Positions 19,844-30,842 of a stretch of 62,864 bases of DNA are shown here, piece after piece; positions within the stretch are counted from its first letter, which is position 1, and each line of letters opens with the position of its first letter. The stretch is from positions 1 to 62,864 of the IMG/VR virus record IMGVR_UViG_2645728048_000034; one strand, written 5' to 3'. This DNA comes from a virus. Its lineage: Duplodnaviria > Heunggongvirae > Uroviricota > Caudoviricetes. Both the position numbers and the translations under genes were made by a program. Below the pieces are notes generated by a model. It was not told the DNA's origin. It searched no databases and saw only the letters and a list, made by a program, of their open reading frames with translations.

Positions 19844-20006
19844 AACACCCCAGCCAGATTTACCCGACCCGTTTACGTGGGGAGCCAGCCTTAACCTGAA
19901 TGTTGCGTTGCTGTCAGCGTTAGCACAGTGCAACAGGGATAAGGCCGATATCAGGACTTTTGAGAAAAACAGGGCAGCACAAACCAATGGCACGATTAAA
20001 CGTTGA
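19728..20006 (+). CDS. o-spanin (Rz1-like lipoprotein), overlapped
   Basis: MMIALFVSFLLAQLSGC lipobox then proline-rich segment; +1 frame overlapping Rz 3' end. Confidence 0.5.
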   Translation: MMIALFVSFLLAQLSGCTNTRTVYVSVPVVPLPASLTDETPQPDLPDPFTWGASLNLNVALLSALAQCNRDKADIRTFEKNRAAQTNGTIKR

Positions 20007-20172
20007 AGTTATCCCACCAGACAGCGAAACGATGAACGGAATTTTTGCAGAGATTGAACGTAAATATGCGCATCAGCCGATGACGCAAAAAGTTATCGAT
20101 GAAATGCAACGCGAAGCGGCGCGCCTTGTAAGGCGAGCGACAAACACGAAGGTTACGTTTGTTCGGGACTGA
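19987..20172 (+). CDS. Hypothetical small protein
   Basis: ORF between spanins and terminase small subunit. Confidence 0.35.
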   Translation: MARLNVEVIPPDSETMNGIFAEIERKYAHQPMTQKVIDEMQREAARLVRRATNTKVTFVRD

Positions 20173-20229
20173 CATTACAGAAGCTCCTTTGATAAGGGGC
20201 TTCGATAATGTCACTAAGAGGAAAAATTC

Positions 20230-20979
20230 ATGGCAAAACCGGACTGGGAGGCCATCGAATCGGCATACCGGGCCGGAGTCCTTAGCCTCCGTGATATAGG
20301 CGAGAAATACGGCGTTACAGAAGGGGCTATCAGGAAGAGGGCCAAAAAGCTTGGTTGGGTACGCAGTGGCGGTACGCAGGTTTGCAAAAATGGTACGCAA
20401 AAAAGAAAAGTGCGTACCAGCAGAAAGCCTGCCATTACTGGCCTTACACAAAAAGGTACGCAACTAAAAACAGAACCTACACTGGATACGAAACCGATAC
20501 GCGGAATGCGTACCGATCCCCCGACTAACCCATTCCAACCCGGTAACCAGCAGGCATTAAAACACGGTGGTTATGCCCGTCGCCTTCTGCTCAAAGATGA
20601 GGTGATAGAGGACGCTAAAGCGTTGACGCTCGAGGACGAATTATTTCGCCTTCGTGCTAACAACCTTGTCGCTGCAGAGAATATTGGTCGGTGGCTGGTG
20701 TCGCTGGAAGATGCTAGTGGGGACCAGGAAAGGAAGATGCTGATGGAAAATATCAGCGCCGCCGAGAAAGCAATGATGCGCAATACAGTTCGTATTGAGT
20801 CCATCGTTGGCACGCTTGCGACGGTAGGAAAGATATTTGCTGATACAGCCTACCGCAAGGCCGCCACTGATAAGGTGTCTCTGGAGGCTGATCGTCTTCG
20901 CCGTGATGCAGGTATTGATGATGGCAATGGAGAGCGTGACCTCAATGACTTCTACTCTGACATCCAAACCGACGCTTAA
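20230..20979 (+). CDS. Terminase small subunit
   Basis: N-terminal HTH (LSLRDIGEKYGVTEGAIRKRAKKLGW); precedes TerL. Confidence 0.7.
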   Translation: MAKPDWEAIESAYRAGVLSLRDIGEKYGVTEGAIRKRAKKLGWVRSGGTQVCKNGTQKRKVRTSRKPAITGLTQKGTQLKTEPTLDTKPIRGMRTDPPTNPFQPGNQQALKHGGYARRLLLKDEVIEDAKALTLEDELFRLRANNLVAAENIGRWLVSLEDASGDQERKMLMENISAAEKAMMRNTVRIESIVGTLATVGKIFADTAYRKAATDKVSLEADRLRRDAGIDDGNGERDLNDFYSDIQTDA

Positions 20980-22348
20980 TCCGGCTTTACGTAGTTTCTG
21001 GACTACGCGGGCACGTAACAAAGTGCTTTATGGTGGCCGGTCATCGTCAAAATCATGGGATGCCGCTGGCATTGCCATATTTCTGTCGAATAAATACACC
21101 CTGCGTTTTTGTTGTGCCCGCCAGATCCAGAATAAAATCGAAGAGTCGGTGTATACCCTGCTCAAAATTCAGATAGACAGGTTTGGCCTGCGGCACCGTT
21201 TCCGTATTCTGAACAACAAAATCATTAACCGGGTTACAGGCTCGGAATTTGTTTTTTATGGATTATGGCGCAACATCGAAGAAATTAAGTCACTGGAGGG
21301 GATCGATGTGTTGTGGCTGGAAGAAGCCCACGCACTGACGGAATACCAGTGGAAAATTCTGGAGCCAACGATCCGTAAAGAGGGGTCGGAATGCTGGTTC
21401 ATATTCAACCCCGGACTTGTTACTGATTTCGTCTGGCGCAACTTCGTTGTTGATCCGCCCGAAGGCACTCTCATCCGCAAAATTAACTATGACGAAAATC
21501 CGTTTCTGTCTGACACCATGCTTAAGGTTATCGACGCGGCGCGACGCCGTGATCCGGATGGTTTTAAACATGTGTATGAGGGCGTTCCGGAGTCTGATGA
21601 TGATGCGGCAATCATCAAACTGTCCTGGATAGAAGCCGCAGTGGATGCGCACAAAACGTTAAATTTCGAACCCAGTGGAAGAAAGCGTATTGGCTTTGAC
21701 GTGGCTGACAGTGGTACAGATAAGTGCGCTAACGTTTACCGTCACGGATCCGTTGTTTTCTGGGCCGACGAATGGAAGGCCAAAGAAGATGAATTACTGA
21801 AGAGCTGCCAGCGTACTTATCAGGCGGCGCTGGAGCGTGAAGCAGATATTGTTTACGACTCTATCGGTGTTGGTGCGTCTGCCGGTGCTAAATTCTCTGA
21901 AATTAACGCTGACCGGAAGAGCGAGAATGCATACGCGAGACGTGTGAATTACCAGAGGTTTAACGCCAGTGCTGGTGTGCATGAGCCAGATGACGAATAC
22001 AACGGCATCCCCAACAAAGACTTTTTCGCAAATCTTAAGGCTCAGGCATGGTGGCTGGTGGCTGACCGTTTCAGAAATACGTTTAACGCCATTAACAACG
22101 GAGAACAGTATCCTGTGGATGAGCTGATCAGCATAGATTCTCGTTGTCCGTTGCTTGAAAAGCTGAAACTGGAACTGACAACACCTCATCGCGATTTTGA
22201 CCGTAACGGACGTGTGATGGTCGAAAGTAAAAAAGACCTCGCAAAACGCGAGATACCGTCACCAAACGTTGCTGACGCATTCATTATGGCCTTCGCGCCA
22301 ATTGATACATCGCTGGATATCTGGGAACAGCTGGGGAGACAGGCCTGA
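20945..22348 (+). CDS. Terminase large subunit
   Basis: ATPase/nuclease-like motifs (VLWLEEAH, DVADSGTD); start assigned to internal Met, uncertain. Confidence 0.75.
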   Translation: MTSTLTSKPTLNPALRSFWTTRARNKVLYGGRSSSKSWDAAGIAIFLSNKYTLRFCCARQIQNKIEESVYTLLKIQIDRFGLRHRFRILNNKIINRVTGSEFVFYGLWRNIEEIKSLEGIDVLWLEEAHALTEYQWKILEPTIRKEGSECWFIFNPGLVTDFVWRNFVVDPPEGTLIRKINYDENPFLSDTMLKVIDAARRRDPDGFKHVYEGVPESDDDAAIIKLSWIEAAVDAHKTLNFEPSGRKRIGFDVADSGTDKCANVYRHGSVVFWADEWKAKEDELLKSCQRTYQAALEREADIVYDSIGVGASAGAKFSEINADRKSENAYARRVNYQRFNASAGVHEPDDEYNGIPNKDFFANLKAQAWWLVADRFRNTFNAINNGEQYPVDELISIDSRCPLLEKLKLELTTPHRDFDRNGRVMVESKKDLAKREIPSPNVADAFIMAFAPIDTSLDIWEQLGRQA

Positions 22349-23814
22349 TGGCACGAAACAAACAAGCCCTGCGGCGAACTGCGCAGGCCACAGCTGATGG
22401 TTATGAGAATTTTATTGCCCGCGTAGGGATGCAGACATCTAACCAGCACTCAGCATCCACCTACCGGGCTAATTTCACCAGTCGTAACCGCATGCTGGTG
22501 GAATGGTCCTATCGTTCGTCCTGGATCATCGGCGAAGCGGTCGATGCTATCCCGGATGATATGACCCGCAAAGGCATTCGCATCACGTCGGAAATTGATG
22601 CAAAAGATCGTGGCATTCTCGAATCACAACTGGATGAGTTGCAAATCTGGGATGCGCTGAATGACGTGCTGAAATGGTCGCGCCTCTACGGCGGCGCGGT
22701 GGGTTTCATCATGATTGAGGGGCAGGCACCAATGACCCCGCTGCGACCCGAAACCATCGGTAAGGGCAAGTTTAAGGGGATTCTCCCGCTTGACCGCTGG
22801 ATGATCGACCCGGTACTGACCCGCCGCATTAAAGATATGGGGCCGGACCTGGGTAAACCTGAGTTTTACGATGTGGTGACCACAGCAACGGGAATTCCTG
22901 CCTGGCGCATTCATCACAGTCGCCTGATTCGCTTTGATGGCGTCACGCTGCCATTTCAGCAGAAGATGACCGAGAACGAATGGGGAATGTCGGTTGTAGA
23001 GCGTATCTGGGATCGTCTTACCGCGTTCGACAGCGCTACTGTCGGCGCGGCGCAGCTGGTCTACAAAGCGCATTTGCGTACCTACAGCGTGGAGAAACTA
23101 CGCGAGCTTATCGCACTTGGTGGTCCTGCGTATGAAGCGTTGCTGAAGAATATTGACCTGATTCGACAGTTCCAGAGCAATGAAGGCATGACTCTCATGG
23201 ACTCGCGGGATAAGTTTGAAACCCATCAGTACAGCTTCAGTGGTCTGGATGACATCCTTTCACAGTTTGCAGAACAGATTAGTGGCGCTGTTGGTATCCC
23301 ACTGGTGCGGTTGTTCGGACAGTCACCGAAGGGATTTTCTACCGGCGATGCAGACCTTGCCAACTATTACGACCGGGTAAGCTCGTTGCAGGAGAGGCGT
23401 TTACGTCTTCCGGTGCGGCGGATACTGGACATCATGCATCGTTCGGAACTTGGCAAGCCGCTCCCGGATGATTTCACGTTTGAGTTTAACCCGCTCTGGC
23501 AAATGTCTGATGTCGATCGTTCAACGGTGGCGTTAAATACCACCAACGCAATCAGTACAGCGCTGGGTGATGGTCTGATGACACTGAAAGCCGCTATGAC
23601 TGATTTGCGCGAAAATTCTGACGTAACCGGCATCGGGGCATCCATTACCGACGAGGACATAGAGAATGCCGAAGACGAAGCGCCGCCCGGCATCGGCGAA
23701 CCTGATGACGAACCGCAGGAACCGTCAGGCGGAAATCCGGTATCGAACCAGTCTACGCAGGATAGCGCGGGCGGTCGGGGACATCGTAAATGGTCGCTAC
23801 GATGGTTCAAATGA
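22348..23814 (+). CDS. Portal protein
   Basis: 488 aa following TerL; acidic C-terminus. Confidence 0.7.
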   Translation: MARNKQALRRTAQATADGYENFIARVGMQTSNQHSASTYRANFTSRNRMLVEWSYRSSWIIGEAVDAIPDDMTRKGIRITSEIDAKDRGILESQLDELQIWDALNDVLKWSRLYGGAVGFIMIEGQAPMTPLRPETIGKGKFKGILPLDRWMIDPVLTRRIKDMGPDLGKPEFYDVVTTATGIPAWRIHHSRLIRFDGVTLPFQQKMTENEWGMSVVERIWDRLTAFDSATVGAAQLVYKAHLRTYSVEKLRELIALGGPAYEALLKNIDLIRQFQSNEGMTLMDSRDKFETHQYSFSGLDDILSQFAEQISGAVGIPLVRLFGQSPKGFSTGDADLANYYDRVSSLQERRLRLPVRRILDIMHRSELGKPLPDDFTFEFNPLWQMSDVDRSTVALNTTNAISTALGDGLMTLKAAMTDLRENSDVTGIGASITDEDIENAEDEAPPGIGEPDDEPQEPSGGNPVSNQSTQDSAGGRGHRKWSLRWFK

Positions 23815-24439
23815 CAGTATCACGGAAATTATTGAGGCGCTGGAACGCTACAGTGAAATCATCACCCCCTGGGCGACAAAGGTCGCGGAAAACTTTACCG
23901 CCGACATTGTGCGCAAGAATGATGAGCAGTGGCGTAAACACAGCAAAACCATCAGCCGTGAGCTACGCAATCTGGTAAACAGTGCCCCTCCAGGGCAGGT
24001 GATGAAATCCATCGTTGCTGAACAGGTTAAGTACATCAAATCGCTACCCCTCGAGGCGGCTGACAGGGTGTACGACATCCAGAATCGGGCGATAGAAGCT
24101 GTTGTTACCGGTGGGAGAGCGGAACATTTTGCTAAAGAAATAGCCGCATCGGGTGATATAGCAAAGTCCAGAGCTGACCTGATTGCCCGTACTGAACTTG
24201 GACGTGCAACCGGAGCGCTGGATCAGGCGCGTGCGCTGTCAATTGGTTCGAATGGTTATATCTGGCGTACAGCCGAAGATGGTGACGTCAGGCATTCTCA
24301 TCAGGAAATGGAAGGTAAATTTGTCGAATGGGGTAAACCTCCAACGCTTGACGGCATGACAGGTCATGCTGGCGAGCTCCCGAATTGTCGCTGTTATAAA
24401 GAAATCGTTTTTCCCACCTCCCAATCTTATCCCGCCTGA
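23666..24439 (+). CDS. Head morphogenesis protein (Mu F/SPP1 gp7-like)
   Basis: C-terminal RTELGRA...GYIWRTAEDGDVRHSHQEMEGKF...PNCRCY signature; start uncertain, overlaps portal 3' end. Confidence 0.65.
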   Translation: MPKTKRRPASANLMTNRRNRQAEIRYRTSLRRIARAVGDIVNGRYDGSNDSITEIIEALERYSEIITPWATKVAENFTADIVRKNDEQWRKHSKTISRELRNLVNSAPPGQVMKSIVAEQVKYIKSLPLEAADRVYDIQNRAIEAVVTGGRAEHFAKEIAASGDIAKSRADLIARTELGRATGALDQARALSIGSNGYIWRTAEDGDVRHSHQEMEGKFVEWGKPPTLDGMTGHAGELPNCRCYKEIVFPTSQSYPA

Positions 24440-24453
24440 ATCGCAGGTAACCC

Positions 24454-25674
24454 ATGAAATATTTTTTCAATACCCGGCTGGGAGAAACCCGCTACCAGCT
24501 GGCTGACGGCTCGTTGCTGTGCAAAGACGTGCCGATAGGACGAACAGGTAAGCAGCTCTATGGTGCTGATGACCTGCCAAAACTGAAACCCGATAAGTTC
24601 GGTGAAATAGTCGTCACACGTTCTCCTGAGCAGGTATTCCATCCGGCCACGCTTGCCTCATTCGAAGGGATGAGCATCACGATCCTGCATCCTGAAGATG
24701 AAAACGGGAATGTGCGGCTGGTAAATCCCGAGAACTGGAAAGAGCTTGCTGTCGGGCACCTCCAGAATGTCCGGCGCGGGACGGGTGAGCAGTCTGATTT
24801 GATGCTGGCTGACCTTATCGTCAAAGACGAAAACGCCATTCAGCTTATCGAAGATGGCCTGCGTGAAGTGTCGTGCGGCTATGACGCGGAGTACGAGCAG
24901 ACCGAGCCAGGTAAAGCCGAGCAGGTCGATATTACCGGAAACCATGTGGCTCTTGTCCCCAAAGGCAGAGCCGGAAATCGTTGTGCAATTGGAGACAGAG
25001 ACACAATGGCAAATCAAAAGAAAAACTGGTGGAACCGCATGCGCGCAGCCATCAAGACAGGAGATGCCGACACCATGAACGAACTGGTGGAGTCGGCTCC
25101 CGCATCGGTTACAGGAGATGAGGGGGATTTGCCGCAGGGCGTTAATCTCAACATCAACCTGTCCCCGCAGCAACCACTACCGGACAAAGCACCAGAGATG
25201 GGTGGAGGTCCAACCGGCGACAGTGATGATGACCTCAAAACATTACTGAAAGCCCTGCTGGCTAAGCTGGAAGGAAATGCCACGGGCGATAACGATAATA
25301 AGCCTGACGATAATCCGACCGGTGACGGCGAGGACGATGAAGAGGAAACCACGATTACTGGTGACTCAGCCTGGCGTGCCGAAGTTATCGTTCCGGGTAT
25401 CGATCTGAGCCGTAAGATGAAACCGACCGAGTTCAAACGCGAGGTTCTGGCTTCCGCAGATAAAACGCTGGTTCGCCAGATCGTCGGTGATGCGGATATC
25501 CGCAAATTGCCGAAACAATCGGTCGACATGGCGTTTAATGCCGTGTCTGAGATTGCCAAAGGGCGAAACACCCGCGCCACCACCGGCGATGCACAGCGCC
25601 TAAACATGGGCATGACCAGTATCGCTTCCCTGAACAAACAAAACGCTGAATTCTGGGCAAACCGTAAAGGGTAA
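24454..25674 (+). CDS. Putative scaffold/prohead protein (DUF2213-like)
   Basis: 406 aa with acidic low-complexity region; position between portal/F and capsid. Confidence 0.45.
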   Translation: MKYFFNTRLGETRYQLADGSLLCKDVPIGRTGKQLYGADDLPKLKPDKFGEIVVTRSPEQVFHPATLASFEGMSITILHPEDENGNVRLVNPENWKELAVGHLQNVRRGTGEQSDLMLADLIVKDENAIQLIEDGLREVSCGYDAEYEQTEPGKAEQVDITGNHVALVPKGRAGNRCAIGDRDTMANQKKNWWNRMRAAIKTGDADTMNELVESAPASVTGDEGDLPQGVNLNINLSPQQPLPDKAPEMGGGPTGDSDDDLKTLLKALLAKLEGNATGDNDNKPDDNPTGDGEDDEEETTITGDSAWRAEVIVPGIDLSRKMKPTEFKREVLASADKTLVRQIVGDADIRKLPKQSVDMAFNAVSEIAKGRNTRATTGDAQRLNMGMTSIASLNKQNAEFWANRKG

Positions 25675-25677
25675 AAA

Positions 25678-26184
25678 ATGAATAATGTATTTCTGTACCG
25701 GATGCCTGTTGGCATTGCCGGGGCTGTCTCTCGCCCGCAGGACTTAACCGTCGAACCGGTGGTCCTTAAATCCGATAACGCCTTCGCTGCCTATGGCCTG
25801 GCTGGTAAATACGATGATGACGGTTTTTTCGTGCCGCTGGCAGATGGTGATACCGCAGACAAGGTGAAGGGGATCTACGTGCGCCCTTATCCGACCACGT
25901 CGCAGCCGGACATGGTTCGCCAGGTGGGAACAGGCAAGAACTTCCCGGGCGACGCCATGAAGCGTGGCTACGTGACCGTTAATCTCGGTTCTGATTTTGA
26001 TGCCAGCACCATCAAAAAAGGCGACCCGGTATACGTTGTCGTCTCCACTGATGCATCCATCAAAGTGCCGCTGGGTGGATTCATGGCCACGTCAGTCAGT
26101 GGCAAAAACGTGGTGCTGACCAACGCTGAATTCACAGGTGCCGGTGATGCTAACGGCAATGCAGAAATTTCCTGGAAGATTTAA
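25678..26184 (+). CDS. Head structural protein (decoration-like)
   Basis: 168-aa ORF before major capsid gene. Confidence 0.4.
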   Translation: MNNVFLYRMPVGIAGAVSRPQDLTVEPVVLKSDNAFAAYGLAGKYDDDGFFVPLADGDTADKVKGIYVRPYPTTSQPDMVRQVGTGKNFPGDAMKRGYVTVNLGSDFDASTIKKGDPVYVVVSTDASIKVPLGGFMATSVSGKNVVLTNAEFTGAGDANGNAEISWKI

Positions 26185-26195
26185 GGAACAGACGA

Positions 26196-27137
26196 ATGAT
26201 TACTTTTGATCAGGCAACCGTTGACAGCTCTGGTGCCTTTCTCATCGGGGAGCTGGAACGACTCGACCAGACGCTGAACCTGCCACTGGTGGGGTACACC
26301 TGGACCCGCGATATCCAACTGCGTGAAGATGTCTCCATCGCAGATGACATTTCCAGCTGGACGAATACCAGCTTCGCCGCTGCGGGTACTGGCGCAAATC
26401 CGAATGGCAAAAACTGGGTAGGCAAAGACTCAACCGCTATTGCTGGCGTGAACGTGGATATCGGCAAATCCGGTAACCCGCTGAACCTGTGGGGGATGGA
26501 ACTTGGCTGGACGGTCATAGAATTGCAGGCTGCTCAGCAGGTCGGACGCCCGATTGATACGCAGAAGTATGACGGGATGCAACTGAAATGGCAGATGGAT
26601 AACGATGAACAGGTATATGTTGGCGATTCAGCATTAAACCTGAAAGGCCTTGTTACCCTGGACGGCGTGCCTGTCAACAACGCTGCCAAAACGTGGGCAA
26701 CCTCAACACCGGACGAAATCCGCGCAAGCATTAACCAGGTGCTGTCTGATGCGTGGGCCGCTTCCGGTTACTCTGTGGTTCCGAGTGATTTGCTGATCCC
26801 ACCTGAGCAGTTTGCTCTGTTGTCCAGCATCATCGTTTCATCTGCGGGTAACCAGTCCCTGTTGACGTACCTTCAGACCAACACCATCAGCTATCACCAG
26901 AACGGTGTTCCGCTGAATATCCGCGCGGTTAAATGGCTGAAAGGCCGTGGTGTGGGGAAAAAGGATCGCATGGTTGCGTATACCAACGATAAAAAATACG
27001 TCCGCTACCCGCTGGTTCCGCTTCAGAGCGTGCCGGTGCAGTATCGCAGTCTGTATCAGATCGTCACTTACTACGGCAAGCTGGGTGCGGTTGAGCCAGT
27101 GTACAAAGAAACCATTTCGTACGTTGATGGCATTTAA
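26196..27137 (+). CDS. Major capsid protein (DUF2184-like)
   Basis: 313 aa, position and size typical. Confidence 0.6.
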   Translation: MITFDQATVDSSGAFLIGELERLDQTLNLPLVGYTWTRDIQLREDVSIADDISSWTNTSFAAAGTGANPNGKNWVGKDSTAIAGVNVDIGKSGNPLNLWGMELGWTVIELQAAQQVGRPIDTQKYDGMQLKWQMDNDEQVYVGDSALNLKGLVTLDGVPVNNAAKTWATSTPDEIRASINQVLSDAWAASGYSVVPSDLLIPPEQFALLSSIIVSSAGNQSLLTYLQTNTISYHQNGVPLNIRAVKWLKGRGVGKKDRMVAYTNDKKYVRYPLVPLQSVPVQYRSLYQIVTYYGKLGAVEPVYKETISYVDGI

Positions 27138-27179
27138 CAGCCACATGGCCCCCTGGCGGGGGCCATTAAGGATGACCCG

Positions 27180-27401
27180 ATGGCAAAAAATAATGCAGTA
27201 ATACACGTACATACCCCGTTTGTGCTCACGCTTCCCGACGGTTCACGGCGCGAGTTTGTTAAAGGCCGTCATGCTGTGGAGGAAGAAGTTGCCACGCACT
27301 GGTTCACTCGTGCGCACGCGGAGGTATCCGTTGGCAAAGCCACAGACGCGCGTAACGAGGTAAAAAATGCCAAAGAATCAAAGTCTGCCAGCGGTAAGTG
27401 A
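27180..27401 (+). CDS. Hypothetical head-tail joining protein
   Basis: 73-aa ORF in structural operon. Confidence 0.35.
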   Translation: MAKNNAVIHVHTPFVLTLPDGSRREFVKGRHAVEEEVATHWFTRAHAEVSVGKATDARNEVKNAKESKSASGK

Positions 27402-27774
27402 TTTTCGCCGCGACTTCCCGCAGTTTGCTGACCCTGCCAAATATCCCGAAGCGCAAATCCAGTTTCGTCTGAATCTGGCCGATGAACTGCTGAGCGAAAA
27501 CGTCACCGGAAAAAAGTTGTTTCCGTACTTTGCCGGGTTGTTCGTTGCGCACTACATGACGCTCTGGGCGGCAGACAGCCGGGCGATGCTGGCTGGTGGT
27601 CCGGGCGGTTCAACCAATGGTGTTCAGTCCTCAAAGTCCGTGGATAAGGTAAGCGTCAGTTATGACACCAGCGCGACGCTGAATCCTGATGCAGGTTTCT
27701 GGAATAACACCCGATATGGCGCTGAATTTTATCAGTTGATCACGATGTTCGGTGCAGGCGGTCGCCAGCTATGA
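27367..27774 (+). CDS. Head-tail connector protein (DUF4054-like)
   Basis: 135-aa ORF, structural operon. Confidence 0.4.
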   Translation: MPKNQSLPAVSDFRRDFPQFADPAKYPEAQIQFRLNLADELLSENVTGKKLFPYFAGLFVAHYMTLWAADSRAMLAGGPGGSTNGVQSSKSVDKVSVSYDTSATLNPDAGFWNNTRYGAEFYQLITMFGAGGRQL

Positions 27775-28325
27775 GTTTCAAAAGCGGTGTAACAACGAGG
27801 GTGGATAACGCTCAGGCCATTCTGGATGCGCTCAGGTCGTTAACCAAAAAAGATGTGCTGGTCGGCATCCCTTCGGAAGACAGCGAGCGGGATGATGTTC
27901 CGTTTGGTAATGCGGGCATCGGTTACCTCAACGAATACGGCTCACCGGCGCAAAACATCCCGCCACGACCTCACCTGGTCCCCGGCGTTAAATCGGTAGA
28001 AGAACAGACAGTGCCGCAGCTCAAAGCAGCGGCGCAGGCTGCGCTTGATGGTAATGCGGCGGGTGCGGAAAGAGCGCTCAACCGTGCCGGAACGCTGGCC
28101 GCTAATGGCGTCAGGCGTTACATGACCATTACCGGCTTTACGCCGCTTGCTGACAGTACTGTTGAAGCCCGGGCTCGTCGGGGGCGCAAGGGGGCAACAC
28201 TGGAACTTACCCGGCGTGCTGCTGGCGAATCCCCGGGAACCGAACTGGCGAAACCATTAATTGACACCGGGCAATATCGCAGAGCGATTACCCATGTAGT
28301 GAGGGATAAAGATGCCGACTCTTGA
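27771..28325 (+). CDS. Hypothetical structural protein
   Basis: Start overlaps previous stop. Confidence 0.4.
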   Translation: MSFKSGVTTRVDNAQAILDALRSLTKKDVLVGIPSEDSERDDVPFGNAGIGYLNEYGSPAQNIPPRPHLVPGVKSVEEQTVPQLKAAAQAALDGNAAGAERALNRAGTLAANGVRRYMTITGFTPLADSTVEARARRGRKGATLELTRRAAGESPGTELAKPLIDTGQYRRAITHVVRDKDADS

Positions 28326-28701
28326 TGTAACAGATGTGCTTTTTGACCCCGATTTTTGCGACTTCAATTTGTGGGTAACACGCCGAGTGCAAACGGTTGA
28401 TGAGGACGGGATCGGCAGCGACAGTGAAGTTAAAAAGCAGTTTGCCGGAGTCGTAACTGTTGATCGCTCTCTGGAAAACCGCCGTATGCAGGCAGGGCAG
28501 GTAATCAGCGGTGCAATTCTGATTGTGACGACTGAGCGACTGACACAGGGACAGACTGGCCGTGATGCCGATATCGTGACGTATCAGGGTCGTGATTATC
28601 GTGTGACCTTCGTCGACCCGTATACAGCTTATGGGGCCGGATTCGTTCAGGCGCATTGTGAGTTGATGCCGTTTGATGGGGGAACTCCGGTTGAGCAATA
28701 A
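28312..28701 (+). CDS. Hypothetical structural protein
   Basis: 129-aa ORF, overlapping start. Confidence 0.4.
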   Translation: MPTLDVTDVLFDPDFCDFNLWVTRRVQTVDEDGIGSDSEVKKQFAGVVTVDRSLENRRMQAGQVISGAILIVTTERLTQGQTGRDADIVTYQGRDYRVTFVDPYTAYGAGFVQAHCELMPFDGGTPVEQ

Positions 28702-29239
28702 CACCAGTACAGAGCGCGGATGGTTAATACCAACCAGTGGCGATCCGGATTATGACGAAGCGCTCGACAGGCTGTTAAGCCAGTGGATGCGTAACGTTTC
28801 CGGCCTGTCTGCCGGGATGGTTCGCCCGCGCTGGCAGAAAGAGCAGCCGCCACTGCTACCGGTTGAAACGAACTGGTGTGCGTTTGGGGTTATCGGATGG
28901 TCAGGTGATGACAGTCCGGCATTCACCAGACAGACCGATAATGGCTCTCAGCTCTGGCGGCATGAAACGATTGAGTGTATGGCTTCGTTTTATGGACCGG
29001 CGGGGATGGTGTATGCGTCCCGGTTTCGTGACGGTATATCTGTGCCGCAGAACAATGCAGCACTGAATGCGCTGGGGCTGTCTCTTGGCGATTACACAGG
29101 TTTGACTCCCTTCCCTGAACTTATTAATCAGCAATGGGTCCGCCGCTACGATATGACGGTGCGCCTGCGCCGGAAGGTTGTGCGCGAGTACGGTATTAAA
29201 TCGCTGGTGGAAGCACCAGTCATCTTTTTCGGAGATTAA
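28673..29239 (+). CDS. Hypothetical tail completion protein
   Basis: 188-aa ORF before sheath gene. Confidence 0.4.
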   Translation: MMGELRLSNNTSTERGWLIPTSGDPDYDEALDRLLSQWMRNVSGLSAGMVRPRWQKEQPPLLPVETNWCAFGVIGWSGDDSPAFTRQTDNGSQLWRHETIECMASFYGPAGMVYASRFRDGISVPQNNAALNALGLSLGDYTGLTPFPELINQQWVRRYDMTVRLRRKVVREYGIKSLVEAPVIFFGD

Positions 29240-29242
29240 GCT

Positions 29243-30388
29243 ATGGCACAGGGCTTGCCTGTATCAAACGTTGTTAATGTTGATGTGATCATGTCGCCGC
29301 GTGCAGCATCAGGGCGAAATTTTGGTGCATTACTCATTCTCGGCCCATCCACAATCATTCCGGTAAGTGAGCGCATTCGCCGTTATTCTGCCGCGGAAGA
29401 TATTGGAAAAGATTTTGGCGTGGAATCACCAGAATATAAGGCTGCGCAGGTGTTTTTCTCACAATCACCGAAACCTCAGGAGGTTTTTGTTGGTCGTTGG
29501 GTGAAAACGAAGGGAGACAGCGAACAGGCCACGCCTGAGACGCTGGAGCAGGCTGTGAATGCCATGCTTGATTATACTTCATGGTATGGGCTGGGGATTG
29601 CAGACGATGCAGATATTCCGGATGCAGACTGGCTGCAAGTGGCTGCGGCGATCGAATCCTCTTCTGTAAGCCGTATTCTGGCGATTACGACAAGCGATGA
29701 GAAATGCCTGCAGACTGCATCCAGAGATGATTTGGCATCAAAACTGAAAACCGCCGGATATTCACGCAGTTTTATTCAGTATTCATCGGGTAATAAATAC
29801 GCTGCGTTATCTGCATTTGGCCGGGCATTCACGGTTAATTTCAATGGCAGTAATACCGCGATTACGCTCAAGTTTAAGCAGGAGCCGGGTGTCGGGTATG
29901 AAACACTGACAGTCAGCCAGGCATCGGCACTTGATGCAAAAAACTGCAATGTGTTCGTGTACTACCAGAATGATACGGCTATCCTCCAGCAGGGAGTGAT
30001 GGCTAACGGCGATTTCTTTGATGAACGCCACGGCCTGGACTGGTTACAGAATTATGTGCAGACCAGCCTCTATAACCTGCTTTATACCAGCACCACGAAA
30101 GTTCCCCAGACTGAAGCCGGTATTACCCGACTGTTATCAAATGTTGAAAAATCACTGGATCAGGCCGTTCAGAATGGACTGATTGCTCCGGGCGTATGGA
30201 ACGGGGGCGACCTTGGCCAGTTGTCATCAGGTGACACGCTGCCCAAAGGTTATTACGTATACGCCCAGCCGCTGGATGAACAGGCACAATCAGAACGTGA
30301 AGCCCGTAAGGCTCCGGTGATTCAGGCTGCAATAAAACTTGCAGGCGCGGTTCATTACGCTGACGTACAGATTAACGTTGTTCGCTAA
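29243..30388 (+). CDS. Tail sheath protein (DUF3383-like)
   Basis: 381 aa, followed by tube, chaperone and tape-measure genes. Confidence 0.6.
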   Translation: MAQGLPVSNVVNVDVIMSPRAASGRNFGALLILGPSTIIPVSERIRRYSAAEDIGKDFGVESPEYKAAQVFFSQSPKPQEVFVGRWVKTKGDSEQATPETLEQAVNAMLDYTSWYGLGIADDADIPDADWLQVAAAIESSSVSRILAITTSDEKCLQTASRDDLASKLKTAGYSRSFIQYSSGNKYAALSAFGRAFTVNFNGSNTAITLKFKQEPGVGYETLTVSQASALDAKNCNVFVYYQNDTAILQQGVMANGDFFDERHGLDWLQNYVQTSLYNLLYTSTTKVPQTEAGITRLLSNVEKSLDQAVQNGLIAPGVWNGGDLGQLSSGDTLPKGYYVYAQPLDEQAQSEREARKAPVIQAAIKLAGAVHYADVQINVVR

Positions 30389-30398
30389 GGGGAAGTGA

Positions 30399-30839
30399 AT
30401 GTCTACCTATTCTTTTATGGATGTCACTGCGACGCTGACCGGGCCGACCGGTTCGATTGACCTCGGGTACGGTTCGGCAAGTTCTGAAGAGGGGATTGTG
30501 GTTGCGATGGGTGGTCCTAAAAACACCATGACCATCGGTGCTGATGGTGAAGTGATGCACAGCCTCCATGCAGATAAAAGCGGGACGATTACCGTTAACC
30601 TTCTGAAGACATCACCGACAAATAAAAAATTGTCGCTGGCGTATAACGCACAGAGCCAGTCTTCTGCCACATGGGGGAATAACGTTATCGTGATCCGCAA
30701 CAAGGTCAGCGGCGACATCATCACGGCACGCAGTGTTGCGTTCCAGAAACAACCGGATAACGCCAACGCTAAAACCGGTAATACGATGCCGTGGGTGTTT
30801 GACTGCGGCAAGATTGACCAGGTTCTCGGGGAGTTTTAA
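30399..30839 (+). CDS. Tail tube protein
   Basis: 146 aa, position after sheath. Confidence 0.55.
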   Translation: MSTYSFMDVTATLTGPTGSIDLGYGSASSEEGIVVAMGGPKNTMTIGADGEVMHSLHADKSGTITVNLLKTSPTNKKLSLAYNAQSQSSATWGNNVIVIRNKVSGDIITARSVAFQKQPDNANAKTGNTMPWVFDCGKIDQVLGEF

Positions 30840-30842
30840 TAC

